The notes under the pieces: generated by a model | The model's input: the letters and a program-made list of their open reading frames with translations, nothing else | Databases searched by the model: none | Told to the model about the DNA's origin: nothing | Shown: piece by piece, positions 22,157-34,100 of the stretch | Layout: each line of letters opens with the position of its first letter | Position numbering within the stretch: position 1 is the first letter of the stretch | Made by a program: the position numbers and the translations under genes | Source: Mobula hypostoma | Taxonomy: Eukaryota | DNA length: 64,000 nucleotides | NCBI RefSeq assembly: GCF_963921235.1 | Contig: NC_086123.1 | Coordinates: forward strand, 20,522,001-20,586,000 | Direction: 5' to 3'

Positions 22157-22199
22157 ATGACCGACCAGTCCGCTCTGCTCCTCAGGAAACAGCTGGCAG
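22157..22199 (+). CDS. UBE2G1: UBE2G1-like coding exon 1
   Basis: ATG ACC GAC CAG...GCA G|gtacga; [14 protein letters not shown]. Confidence 0.94.
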
Positions 22200-25100
22200 G
22201 TACGAGCATCTCAGGAAAGTTTGGCTGAGGATTGTCGCAGTTCAGCATTCACCCTGGCTGATTTTAATTCGACACTTAATCGCTCTTTATGTTTATTCCT
22301 TTCGGTTTATGATTTATTTTTAGACCATGTTTACCCATTGCTCTCTGTTATTTTCATAGGCTATTGTAACTTTTTTTATGCTGAGCTCCCCACCCCCTCC
22401 CCAGCGCCGCATTATCATTAATTATGACAGACTGACTGTGGCAAGTGTCCGTCTTATGGTCACATGTTTTAAGTGTTTGCAGTTTTTTAACGTCGAGTAC
22501 TTTTGTAGTTAGGGCGGTTGATATTTTAATTTGTCGTTTATAGTGTGCGTGGGGAAAAAATTGCCAGTTTGTACAGGAGGAAATGGGTTTAACATTTCGG
22601 GGTCATTTCAGAACTTGGCCATATCTCACTTTTCTGATGTGATGATGCCAGATCATTGACTTGAAATGTTGGCTGTGTCTTCACAATTATTGCCAGCTGA
22701 ACCTTATCAGCATTATCTGTTTTCAGCGTCTGTGCGAATTTACTTGCGTAGAAAAATATCGCTCTGCATTGCTGGGAGCTGTCAAATGCAAGGACAGTGG
22801 ATATTTTTGTCGTCTTATTCATTTCCACTGGATGTGGTACAGTCGTCTGTTAAACGATTACATTTGCTTTGAGCTTCTTCACACCATTGTCAGAAATTCA
22901 AAATTCAAAGTAAATTTATTATCAAAGTACATACATGTCACCATTTACTACCCTGAGATTCACTTTCTTGCAGACATTTACAGTAGATTAGATTATGAGA
23001 ACACTCAGTCCTTTTTTATTGTCATTTAGAAATGCATACATGCATTAAGAAGCCGTACAATCGTACAACACAATAGAACAAAATACAATGGAAACAATCA
23101 AAAAGTATAATGTGCAAAAGAAGACAAACAGTGCAAATACATAAAAAAATAAATAAATAATACTGTGAGCATGGGTTGCAGAATGTTTGAAAGGTGTAGT
23201 TATCCTTTTAAAGTGCAAATTGCTGGTAATCATTAGGTTCACATTAAAATGCAGCTTTAGAAAAACGTTTTCCTTCAATTCCTATTTACCATGAATTGTA
23301 GATAATGTGCTGTAACGGTAAGTAAAATGGAAAATTATTGATTTCATAAACTTAAAATTTAATATAATAGGCTTAAAATAAAGCCAATGTGTGCAATATA
23401 AGAAGTGTAAATTGCATGTATTTTTAAATTAGGGTTGGAATCTAATTAATTTATTGAAGTTGAGTTACAGTTTTTAATTATTCTTAGAACAGAAGTAACT
23501 TATAGATAATATTTAGTACTTTTTAGTTCAACTAAGATTGTTAAAATTCTTTTTTTCTCTGCCTAAGTGACATGTGTATCAAGACAGTTTCATATCTTAA
23601 TGTACTATGCTGCCTTTTCTAAACAAGTGTAACTAAATGTGTGTTGATTTGTACAAACAAGTTAATATACTATAATTTTAATGTAAATTAAGAGAGTGTT
23701 TGTTTATTTTGTCATTCGTCACCATTAGTCGTTGGCAGCGAAGCTGATGAAGAATTTTCAGCCTGAAACATTAACACCGTTTCTACTTTTTCACAGATAA
23801 TGCCTGACCTTCATGGTGCTTCCACATTTTTCTGCTTTTGTGAAACTCATTGATTACTGACTGGGACTTGTTCTCTAAACACTGCACAGTGAAACGTGTA
23901 ACATTGACCGAACACTCCCTGCATTTAAATTAGTTATCAAATGACCTTGGGACCAAAATAGTCTTGAGATGATATTTAGTTTGATAGTTGCTATAAAACT
24001 GATAATCCAGCATCCTTGGAATTTTAGTGCCTGACTAGCAACTTTTCTGGACTACTGGAATATCCAAGCATACTTCTTTTTTCCCTTGTTACATCGTAGT
24101 ATAGTACATTTTTCAATGAATACAGCAAATTCAAACAGAGAGGAAAATATAAAGGCACTCCTTACTTGCCCATCACCTCCCTCCGGTGTTCTTCCCCCTT
24201 CCCTTTTTTCTGTGGTCTTCTACCCTTTCCTATCAGATTCCCCCTTCTCTATTCCTTTATCTCTTTTACCAATCAACTTCCGTCCCCCTCTTTCGGTTTC
24301 ACCTATCACCTGCCACCTTATACTTCTTCCTCCCCTCCCCTTACCTTCTTACCCTGACTTCTCATCTTTTTTGTCCCCAGCTCTGATGAAGGGTTTCAGT
24401 CTGGAACAGCAACTGTTTATTCATTTCCATGGATGCTGCCTGACCTGCTGAATTCCTCCAGCATTTAGTGGGTGTTCCCTGACTTCAGTCCTCCCACCGC
24501 CAGTTCTGACTGCAAACTCCACTCGTACTCTAGACATTTGCCCCACCGCACTGCTCAGATTCTGGGATAGTGAGTGAAGTAGATACTGAATTTCCAAACA
24601 ATCAGATGACAATTTATTGGAATTTTACAGGTTTTGGCCTAAGGACCAGCAGCTGAGACGGAAGAGTATTTAAGTATATTTGTTTTGGATTTGAGTGCTG
24701 GAATGCCTTGTTCCTTGGGTATTATGTAGGTTTAGTTTGTCCTCAGTCAAATGTTGGGAGGGGTTGTAAGGAGTTTTTTTTCTCTCCCAGGATTGAGGCA
24801 AGCTATGATTGAACAAATATTGGAACTAATAACATGGATTAGTGCAGGTCCTTCTATTTACCAAGGGAGTTCGTAGCTATTGTGATTGTGGCTGTATACA
24901 TCCCTGCTATGCTAATGCTGGGGAAGTACTGTTTGAGCTCTACAGCTCCATCAGTGATTTGCAAACCACACATCCCAGTTTTTTATTGTTGCTGGTGATA
25001 TCAACCATGCCAACTTAAAAACATTCCTGCCTAAATTCTATCAGCATGTTGACTTGGATTATGGATGAGAGATCGGAATGCTGCCTTCAGATTAGGGATA

Positions 25101-28100
25101 AGACAGCTCTCAGGTCAGCAATATTCACAAAGAATATACAGTAATTTTTCTGTGCCACTGGAGACATGAGGCGCATGTAGTAGGCCATTCAGTCTCTAAT
25201 GGACTACCAGTCCACCCTGCGTGTCAACAACATAGATGCCTCTCTTCATGGTGGGCTGAATGTCTTTACGATCTGCTTGATGCATAGAACAATGTGCCAG
25301 TGAGGAAGGCCCTCTTCCCTTCTCCTCCCCCCCCCCCCACACACACTCACGAAGAGAAGGCGCTCTGCCTGGCCACAGCTAATATGAGGAAGACCCTAGC
25401 CAGGGTGAACTCTCATTAAGCTGTGGGGCCTGATAACATACCTGGTTAGGTGCTGAGGGACTGTGCAGCCCAGCTAACCGAGGGTCTAACAGGCAATCTT
25501 CAACATTAAACCAGGACCATCCACTGTCCCCTCAGGCTTCAAGGCAGTGAACATCATCCCAATGCGCAAGAGGGTGACAGTAACCTGCCTTAATGACTAC
25601 TGTCCAGTGCTGAGGATCTCAACAATAGTGAAGTGCTTTGAGCGGCTGGCTATGGGTCACATTAAATCCCATCTTCCTGCTATGTTGGGCCATTTCCAGT
25701 TTGCTTATTGCTTAAATCAGTCCACTGCTAGCACCATAGCTTCTGCCTTCCACTTTGCTCTGTCCCACCTGGAAAATGGTGTCTCCTATGCCAGAATTTA
25801 CTTCAGCTCAGCGTTTAATATGATCATCCCTCTGAAGCTGGTGGGTAAACCGCCCTCATTGGGTCTCAACACCTCTCTATAACTGGATCCTGACTTCTTA
25901 ACAGAAAGGCCACAGTCAGTCTACGTTGCCAGAAATATCTCTAGTTCCATCACGCTGAGCACCAGCACTCCCCGGGGCTGTTCATCACGCTGCTAACGCT
26001 TGAATGCATTGCTACATCCATTTCAAACCAAATCATCAAGTTCACCGATGACGCTATGGCAAGGCGGCATGCAGAGAGGAGATAGAGTGGCTAGTAGAAT
26101 AGTGCGAGCACAACAACTTGAGTCTCAATGTGGTCAAGACCAGTGACATGATTGTGGACTTCAGGAAGGTGCAGGCTGATCACTGCTCACTGCACATACA
26201 CAGATGCTCTGTGGAGAGTTAGGAGCACCAGGTTTCTGGGAGTACACATAACGGATGGTCTCCCTCAACACCACCTCTTTGTTCACAAAAGCACGGTAGC
26301 ATCTCCACTTCCCGGGGAGATTGAGGTTAGTGATCCTCTCACCCACGTCCCTGCCCTCCATTTTAGCCAGTTTTTACAGGAGCACCATGGAGAGTGTCCT
26401 GACCAGCTGCATCACTGTATGGTAGGGAATTGCAAGGCATCTGACCACAAGTCCCTACAGGAGACTGCGAGGACTGCTGAGAGGATCATCAGGGTCTCCT
26501 ACCTATTCAAGATATTTATCAGGAGCACTGTGCACACACAGGGCCCTTAGCATTGTCACTAATTCCTCCCATCCATCCAACAATCTCTTTTGACGCTCTC
26601 CACCCCCACCATATGACAGGAGGTACTGTAGCATTAGGACAAAAACTGTTAGGATGGGAAACAGTTTGGGAAGAAATGCTTTTCATTTGAAACTCTCCCT
26701 AATTTTAAAAAAAGTTGATATTTCAAAAATTCTTTCTCTAGGCAACAAAACTTGCAGTCTGTAGCCAGATCGCTTGTGTCAAATGAGAATAACCTAGTAA
26801 AAGATTTAATACTGCCATAGCCAAAACTAACATTTATAATTGGATTGCAACACCAAATCAGCATCTAGAAGTAGAAACTAATTTTGTTTCTCTTTAGCAT
26901 CCCAAGAAATGAAAGAAAACACCAATTTATATGTTCTATTTTGCAATTTCAGAGACCAAACTTGCAGCATATCCTAATGCATTTATATAAAAATGTGGTT
27001 TCTATTTAATTCTCTATAACGCTATTTCATTCTGTGTGTGTGTACTTTCTTCCTCCCCAAGAACTAAACAAGAATCCAGTGGATGGATTTTCTGCCGGAT
27101 TAATAGATGATGACGACATATACCGATGGGAAGTTGTTATCATTGGCCCACCAGATACTCTTTTGTAAGTTTATACCTCCATAAGGTAAAGCTGCCTGTT
27201 AACCATCTAAATTTAGTTTTTGGAACAGATGAATTAACTGAAATTTTTAAAAAAAATGAAATTGAAGGGTTTTTTTCAATATAACATCTACATCCTTCAT
27301 ACATGACGGAACTTTAGAAATCATTCCAGGGAAGGGCAATATCATTAAAAGTGTTGCTCTGCTCATGAAGTATCAGGAATTTGGTGCCACATCAGAAAGC
27401 GAAACCTCAGTTGTGGTAATCTAGGCTTTGGTAGCTGAGTAACATACAGATTGGCAGTTTACTTCACCACATAAATATTTGCACCAGAATGGCATTGGTT
27501 GTGATACGCTTTGATATGTAATGAAGCACAATACAGTGGATTCTGGTTAATTCCATCACGGTTAATCTAGTCAGTCGCTTATTTGGGACAATCCTTAAAG
27601 AACAAGCACTAATCAAGAAAATAGCCAGATTCCACCTTTATTTGGGCACTGTGCAACTTAATTGGGCAGAAGACTGTTGCTAAACTAGCGTCAGTCCCGT
27701 GCACTTGCATGGCCATTAGATGCAACACCATGCTTTGAGCAGTTTTTAAGTAGTGTCACTTGCATGTGTTTATGTTCAAAAAGCAGCAATTTTTGTCACT
27801 GATAGTTGACGAGAAATAAGAATTCAGAACTGTTTTGCTCACTGCGGTTTCAAGCATTCAGGCTTGGAGATGCCACAAACAGCCGAGAGTGAAAATGAAA
27901 TGATTTCACTACTTCAGCAAGTTAGAAACTACGAAGAATTTGGCAATCATCTTGAATGTTACAATGAAAATGAAGATTTAGAGTATGTAATCATCAACAG
28001 CATTGTATGACAGCAGTCAATTATCTGCACTATGTATCTAGGCTGAATTTGTTCATTTACAGTCAAAACGCAATGTGAATGTATTCCTTTGTCGATAAGT

Positions 28101-31100
28101 ATTAGAAACTAATACACAGTTTCATAGTACTGCAGTAGTATTGGCAGTGTTCTAATTTGTTCTGGATTTCGTTTAAATACATAATTAATTACTCAGTTAA
28201 ACAGTACTTTGTCTCTTTTTTTAATACCTTTTTTAACTATTTCCATGCAACTTCGGCTAATTGGGCCAAAATGTACTGATCCCAATGTGTTCCAATTAAC
28301 TGGAATCTAATATAGATCTTTTAGTTCTTGGGAATAAATATATATATAAAAGTAAAGGTAGTCAAGAGACCAATTTGACGAAAGCAGGTTAATGAAGCTT
28401 TTATTATTGATGGTAGGACAGAAAAGTTTCACTGTTGGGATGATCAACACTTAATAGGGACTATAACCAAATCCTAGCAAAATGGTTTATTTTTTTTTAC
28501 AGTAGTGTCATGTGGACTTTACATATTGAATAGAGAGGTGTGGCTGGGATAGTTCTCAATGATAAATAGGAAGGGATAAGGGATAGGAGAATGGCTGGCC
28601 GAAGACAGAGTGGGAATAAAGGGGACATTCTTTTGTAGGCTGCAGTGACAGAATGTGTGTATTGTAGAAAGGGGAATTGAGAAACAAGATTTAAAATTAA
28701 AGACAAAATTCAAATAGATTAAAAAGTAAATGGATTCCGTAAACTGGACTGATTTGTTATGAGTAAATGTTCCCACAATCAGTGGGCAATATTTAGAATA
28801 TTTATTGCAATACAAACGGGTATCTACTTTTAAAAAGCAAAAGCAGTTAACAGATGAGGTTAGAGGTAATATCAAGCAAAAAGAAAATACTCAAATAATA
28901 TAATGTGCAAATTGGGTTTGTTTCTCTGTTATGCAACTCAGTGATACTATTTACAAAGGGTAGAATTGAGCAGTCTGGTCAAACAAGGCACTGAGAACAG
29001 ATAAATGCTTTCCAGAAGGGAGAAAATGTATCTTAAATAGGCTAACATGATTAATGAAGGTAAATTAATTGGCTAAATTAGCTAATTAAAAAGCTGAATG
29101 AAATGGGGTGGGGGTTTAGGTATTGCAAAAGTACAGAAGCTTTCATCAGTCTACATATACAAAAGTAACTACTCTAAACAACTAGTTGACAGTACTTTGA
29201 TTATGATCTGAGAATGTGAAAGGTACAATATAAGATTTAAAGTACATGTATTATCAAAATATGTGTGCAGTATGCAATCCTAAGATTCATCTTCCCACAG
29301 ACAGCCACGAAACAATGTAATCCATGGAATCAGTTTTTAAAAAGCAAACATCAAACCTCCAACACATTTTTTTAAAAAAAGATCAAATTGTGCAATGGCA
29401 AAAAAGAGCAAATAACACAGAATATAAAACATCAAACCACAAAATTATTGAAACAGTCTGGAAATGTTCAGTTTGTTTCAATTCAGTTTAATGCAGCTCT
29501 GTCGGTTGTTCACTGCAGGCTGCAGAACCAGTCTGCCCCGCTCAAAATTGTACCAAATAGCAATAAAAAAGGAGTGACCAGAAACCAAAAACACATCATA
29601 ACATAAACTATAGAATCCACTTCACAAACCACATCAATTAAACCTTGTCGAAAACCCAAGACTCTGGCAGCACTGAATGAAAGGGGGAGAGAGAGAGAGA
29701 GACCGATCAAACACTGGTACCTTCCTCTGGGAGCAGCGAGAGAAAGACTGGTGGACTCTGGCACCCTCCGCTGGGAGCAAGAAGCGGGACACTGGAACCT
29801 TCCTCTGGGAGCAGGAAGCGGGACACTGGTCAAACACTGGAACCTTCCTCTGGGAGCAGCAAGAGAGACTGGTCAAACACTGGCACCTTCCCCCTGGGAG
29901 CAGCAAGAGAGAGGGGGAGAGAGACCGGTGAAATATAAACAGTCACACTGAATACTTCCTCTCATTCTCGTTGATTTCAATCTTCCTCGATGCTTATATT
30001 GATGAGAAATGGAGACTTCATAGCAGACAGGACTATACTGTGAATAAACAACCATTCACTTTATGCCTGATTTACGTTTAGTCTCAATATGTTTTCTACT
30101 CCTTCCACTGCTGGTTAGACTTGATTCTGTGGCAATACTTAGTATAATAACAGATATGAGGCAATGTTGTCCTTTATAGATTTTTGAAAAGTCAGATCTG
30201 AGTAGGAGAAAACTACGATAACTTTTACAGGCAACACACAATACACGCAATCTCTTACTAACTCTTCCTTCAGTTAGTCCTGACGAAGGGTCTCGGCCTG
30301 AAACGTCGACTGTACCTCTTCCTAGAGATGCTGCCTGGCCTGCTGCATTCACCAGCAACTTTGATGTGTGTTGCTTGAATTTCCAGCATCTGCAGAATTC
30401 CTGTTGTTTGCGTTGTTTTTATAACTTTTACAGGAGTGTCTTTTTAAAAATAAGATGATTTAAAAATGAAATACTACTTTCTGTAAAAGTAAGCTGACAT
30501 ATGTTTTAGCAGTGAAAATCGCAAAATATACTGATACCTTACTGTGTTCATCTCTGTTTTTATAAGTTTGTTTATCTAGAAATGGTAATTATGTACAAAT
30601 CACAAGGCTGCAAAATTTAATCAATCGTTCAGGAGAATATATAAGCCTCCAGATTTTAGTCTTCAGTTCTTGTTTTTTTGTTGTGAAGTAATATGCAATT
30701 GTTTGTAGAATTCCTGGGTTCAAAGTTTGTGCAAAGGTAATGTGTATTTTCTGGGATATTGTTTTATCAGTGGATGTTAAAATTCAGCATAGTCTCTTTA
30801 ATGTAAGTTTATTTTCCAACTACATTTCTGTTAGCAGTATTTTTTGCAATTCTGTCTTGTGAGGCAGATTAATATTGTATTGTTCTTGCAATACAGACTT
30901 TGTAATGTTCTTGGTAGTTATGAAATTTGTTTGGAGAGTATTTGCTGTTTTCTTGGTCATTAAGCAGCATCTTATATGTTATTGGGTGAAAGGGAAACAT
31001 TTTTATTCATGGTTCTTAATTTGTTTTGCCTAGTGAGGGTGGATTCTTCAAAGCTCACCTGACTTTTCCCAATGACTATCCTTTGCGGCCTCCAAAGATG

Positions 31101-34100
31101 AATTTCATCACAGAAATCTGGCATCCAAATGGTAAAGTGTGTATTTATGACATCAAATAATAACTGATGAATTACCAGTTTTTAAACCATAAAGTGATAG
31201 GTGAAGCTTTTGTCTTTTAAATCACTCAAACAGTGGCAGCAGAGTGTGAGGTGATGTCTATTTAGGTACGTGGTTATTAACACAGACTTCCTAAAGTTGA
31301 TGTCTACATGAGAGAGCTTATTTGATGGATTAAATCCTACAAACATTTCATGCAGTCCAGTGGATACATGTGGTCAATAATGAAAAACTATGTAACAAAA
31401 TAATTCAACAGTTAAAGTTTAGGATGTAAAGTACAGTTCTTGCTGTATATATTTTGAGGTTTACGAAAAAACAAAAACAGATCGGGTAGCACCTTCAGGA
31501 AAAGATAGAGTTAAACTCTTCAGGTCCAGGACCCGTTATTAAAACTGGGAAAGAGAGAACATTAGTTTCCGTTTGCTGATAAAGTTGGCCAAGGATGAAT
31601 AGAACACATCTCCATTAGGGTGAGACCAAATGGATTAATGTGACAGTTAAGAAAAATTTTTCTTCTTCGTCGTGTTGGTAGATTGTGAGTAATATGGCTG
31701 GAAGAAATGCCCAGCAATCCACAACATAGTGATGGAGAGGGAGGAGAAAAAACTGAGCAAAAACCACAGAGGGATGACCGGTGGAAAAGACCTGTCTGAT
31801 ATAGATGTAAAGGAAGAGTAAGTTACCTGGGAAATTCAGTATCAAGTCCAGAAGACTAACTTGCCAAGATGGGTGTAGTTTTTCAAGCTTACATGGTACA
31901 TAAGAGGCTACTGTCAGACAGATTAGAGAGGGATGAAGAATTCAGGCAGAAGCTCAGTTCCTCCTGTGGACTGCTTTGTGGCGCAAATCATCAGATTTGT
32001 TTGGTTTCTCTGATATGGAGGAGACTACATTTTGGTCACTAATGTCACCATGTTAAATTGGAGGAAGTTTTGGTGAATAGTTGCTTTATCTAGAATGACT
32101 GGGTCACTGGATGATGCGAAGGGAAGAAATGAATTGAGAATTACAAATGCAGTGATTGTGTAAGAAAATGTTATTGACAGGGAGTGATTGAAGGGGATAG
32201 AGCAGTGGATCAGGGGTCACAAGGAGAATGATTCCTTTGAAATGCTCAGAGTGGAGGGGCACAAGTGTAGTTAAACCTGGAGGAAATTCACAAGATGATC
32301 TATTGAATGGAGAAGCTGGCGGGTGAAAGATGAGGATGGAGGATCTGTATTCTTGCTCTGTCAAGGAGGAGAGAGGATAAGAGCAGAGGTTTGTCTCCAG
32401 TGACATAGTCTGACCTACAGGGCATATCCCACAAAGAAGCATAACCTGCTTCTAACTATGACATTAGCCCATTTGGTTTCACCCCAACAAAAAGATAGTC
32501 CCATTATTCCACCTATCACTTCCTCAACATCTCTGCAAATGAAAACTAGCTTGTTTTTTCCTTTCGCAGTTCTGGTGAAGGGTCACTCACTTGAAATGTT
32601 AACTGTTTCTTTCCACAGATGCTGAATGTTTGCAGAGTTTTTAAATTTTATCTGATTTTGGGATAATCATCGTGATACGATGTGCTGAATGTTTCCAGAG
32701 TTTTAAAATTTTATCTGATTTTGGGATACCTGTGAACTGATATTTATAGGAAATCTTCCGTGGATGTATTTTACAGAAGGCTGTTGTAAGCTTACAGAAA
32801 CTGCTATATTTAGAATGAAGCACAGAACACATTCACGTCTCTAATTAAACTATTGACAGTAGCTACGAGAGCTGCACAGAACACATCCACATCTCCAGTA
32901 GCTACTGTCATTGGGTTTAATTAGAGCTGCAGCTGAAACGTGAGCTGTAGAATGGATGTTGTCTTTCATAGCTTCGTTGAAACTGTTCATATGTCATTAA
33001 TAAACTCTTTGGCAAACCGTTCGATTTTTCTTTACAGTTGGCAAGAATGGTGATGTATGCATTTCAATCCTGCATGAGCCTGGTGAGGATAAATTTGGCT
33101 ATGAGAAGCCGGAGGAACGTTGGCTACCCATTCACACTGTCGAAACTATTCTCATCAGCGTCATCTCTATGCTTGCCGATCCCAACAGTGACTCACCTGC
33201 TAATGTTGATGCTGCAGTAAGTACTTTTCCTTGGCAATGTGATCAAGGAAAGATGCTCTACAGCTGGGAATAAAGGAAGCTGTGACCATTCTGGTGGTAT
33301 TTTGTGTTTCGGAAACCCACATCCATTCATAAATTGGTACACGTTTAAATCTCTCCATCTCTACCTCCCTCCTAACCACCCCCCCCCCACCCCCTCAATC
33401 AGTTCTCTTCATCCTTTGGGAATAAACTGAAGTGAATGCCCACTAGAGAATTCCATTAGACTTTTGGAGATGTCAGAGATTAGATCAAAATTTCTGCTTT
33501 ACTTGCACTCAGTACGATTAATATTTTAAATGGGTATGTTCCATTTTGAAATGCAGCAGTTAATTATAATGAGAGGTTTTTATAAAGTATACAGACATAT
33601 TGTAGTTTTGAAACAGTCCTAATGTGGAAAGTTCTATCATCTCTGTATCTTCAGGCTCTTTTGGGCAGTTATTAGAATCTTACATCACTTAAACATTAGT
33701 TTGTTGCTTATTATAAATCATTGCTTGACCACGTGAGGCACATGCGTTACAGAACTTATCACTGCAAGGGTCACATTGAAATGGATACTGTACTTATTAC
33801 TAGAGGCAGCTTGGATTTTAAGGAAATACAGTTTTGGACAAAGTATAGGAAATGTTGGAATATATCAATGTGTAATTATTGGAAAAACAAAAGAAAATAC
33901 TCGTTATACATTTGTAAACAAAACAAATTAATGTTTTGAGTGTAAACTTTTGATATGAAAACAAAGATATACAAGCTTTTAGTAGAATGGGAAGGATGGA
34001 GAATTAACCGTCAGGCTAGTCAACAGGAATTTAATGGTTTGGATCTTTTTAGTTGGCGACTACTCGTTTGAAAGAGAGCGCTCACAAATTTACAATAGGG

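Noticed and set aside
33038-33220. ORF-track peptide MARMVMYAF...
   Set aside because: It is an alternative-frame reading of UBE2G1-like exon 4.
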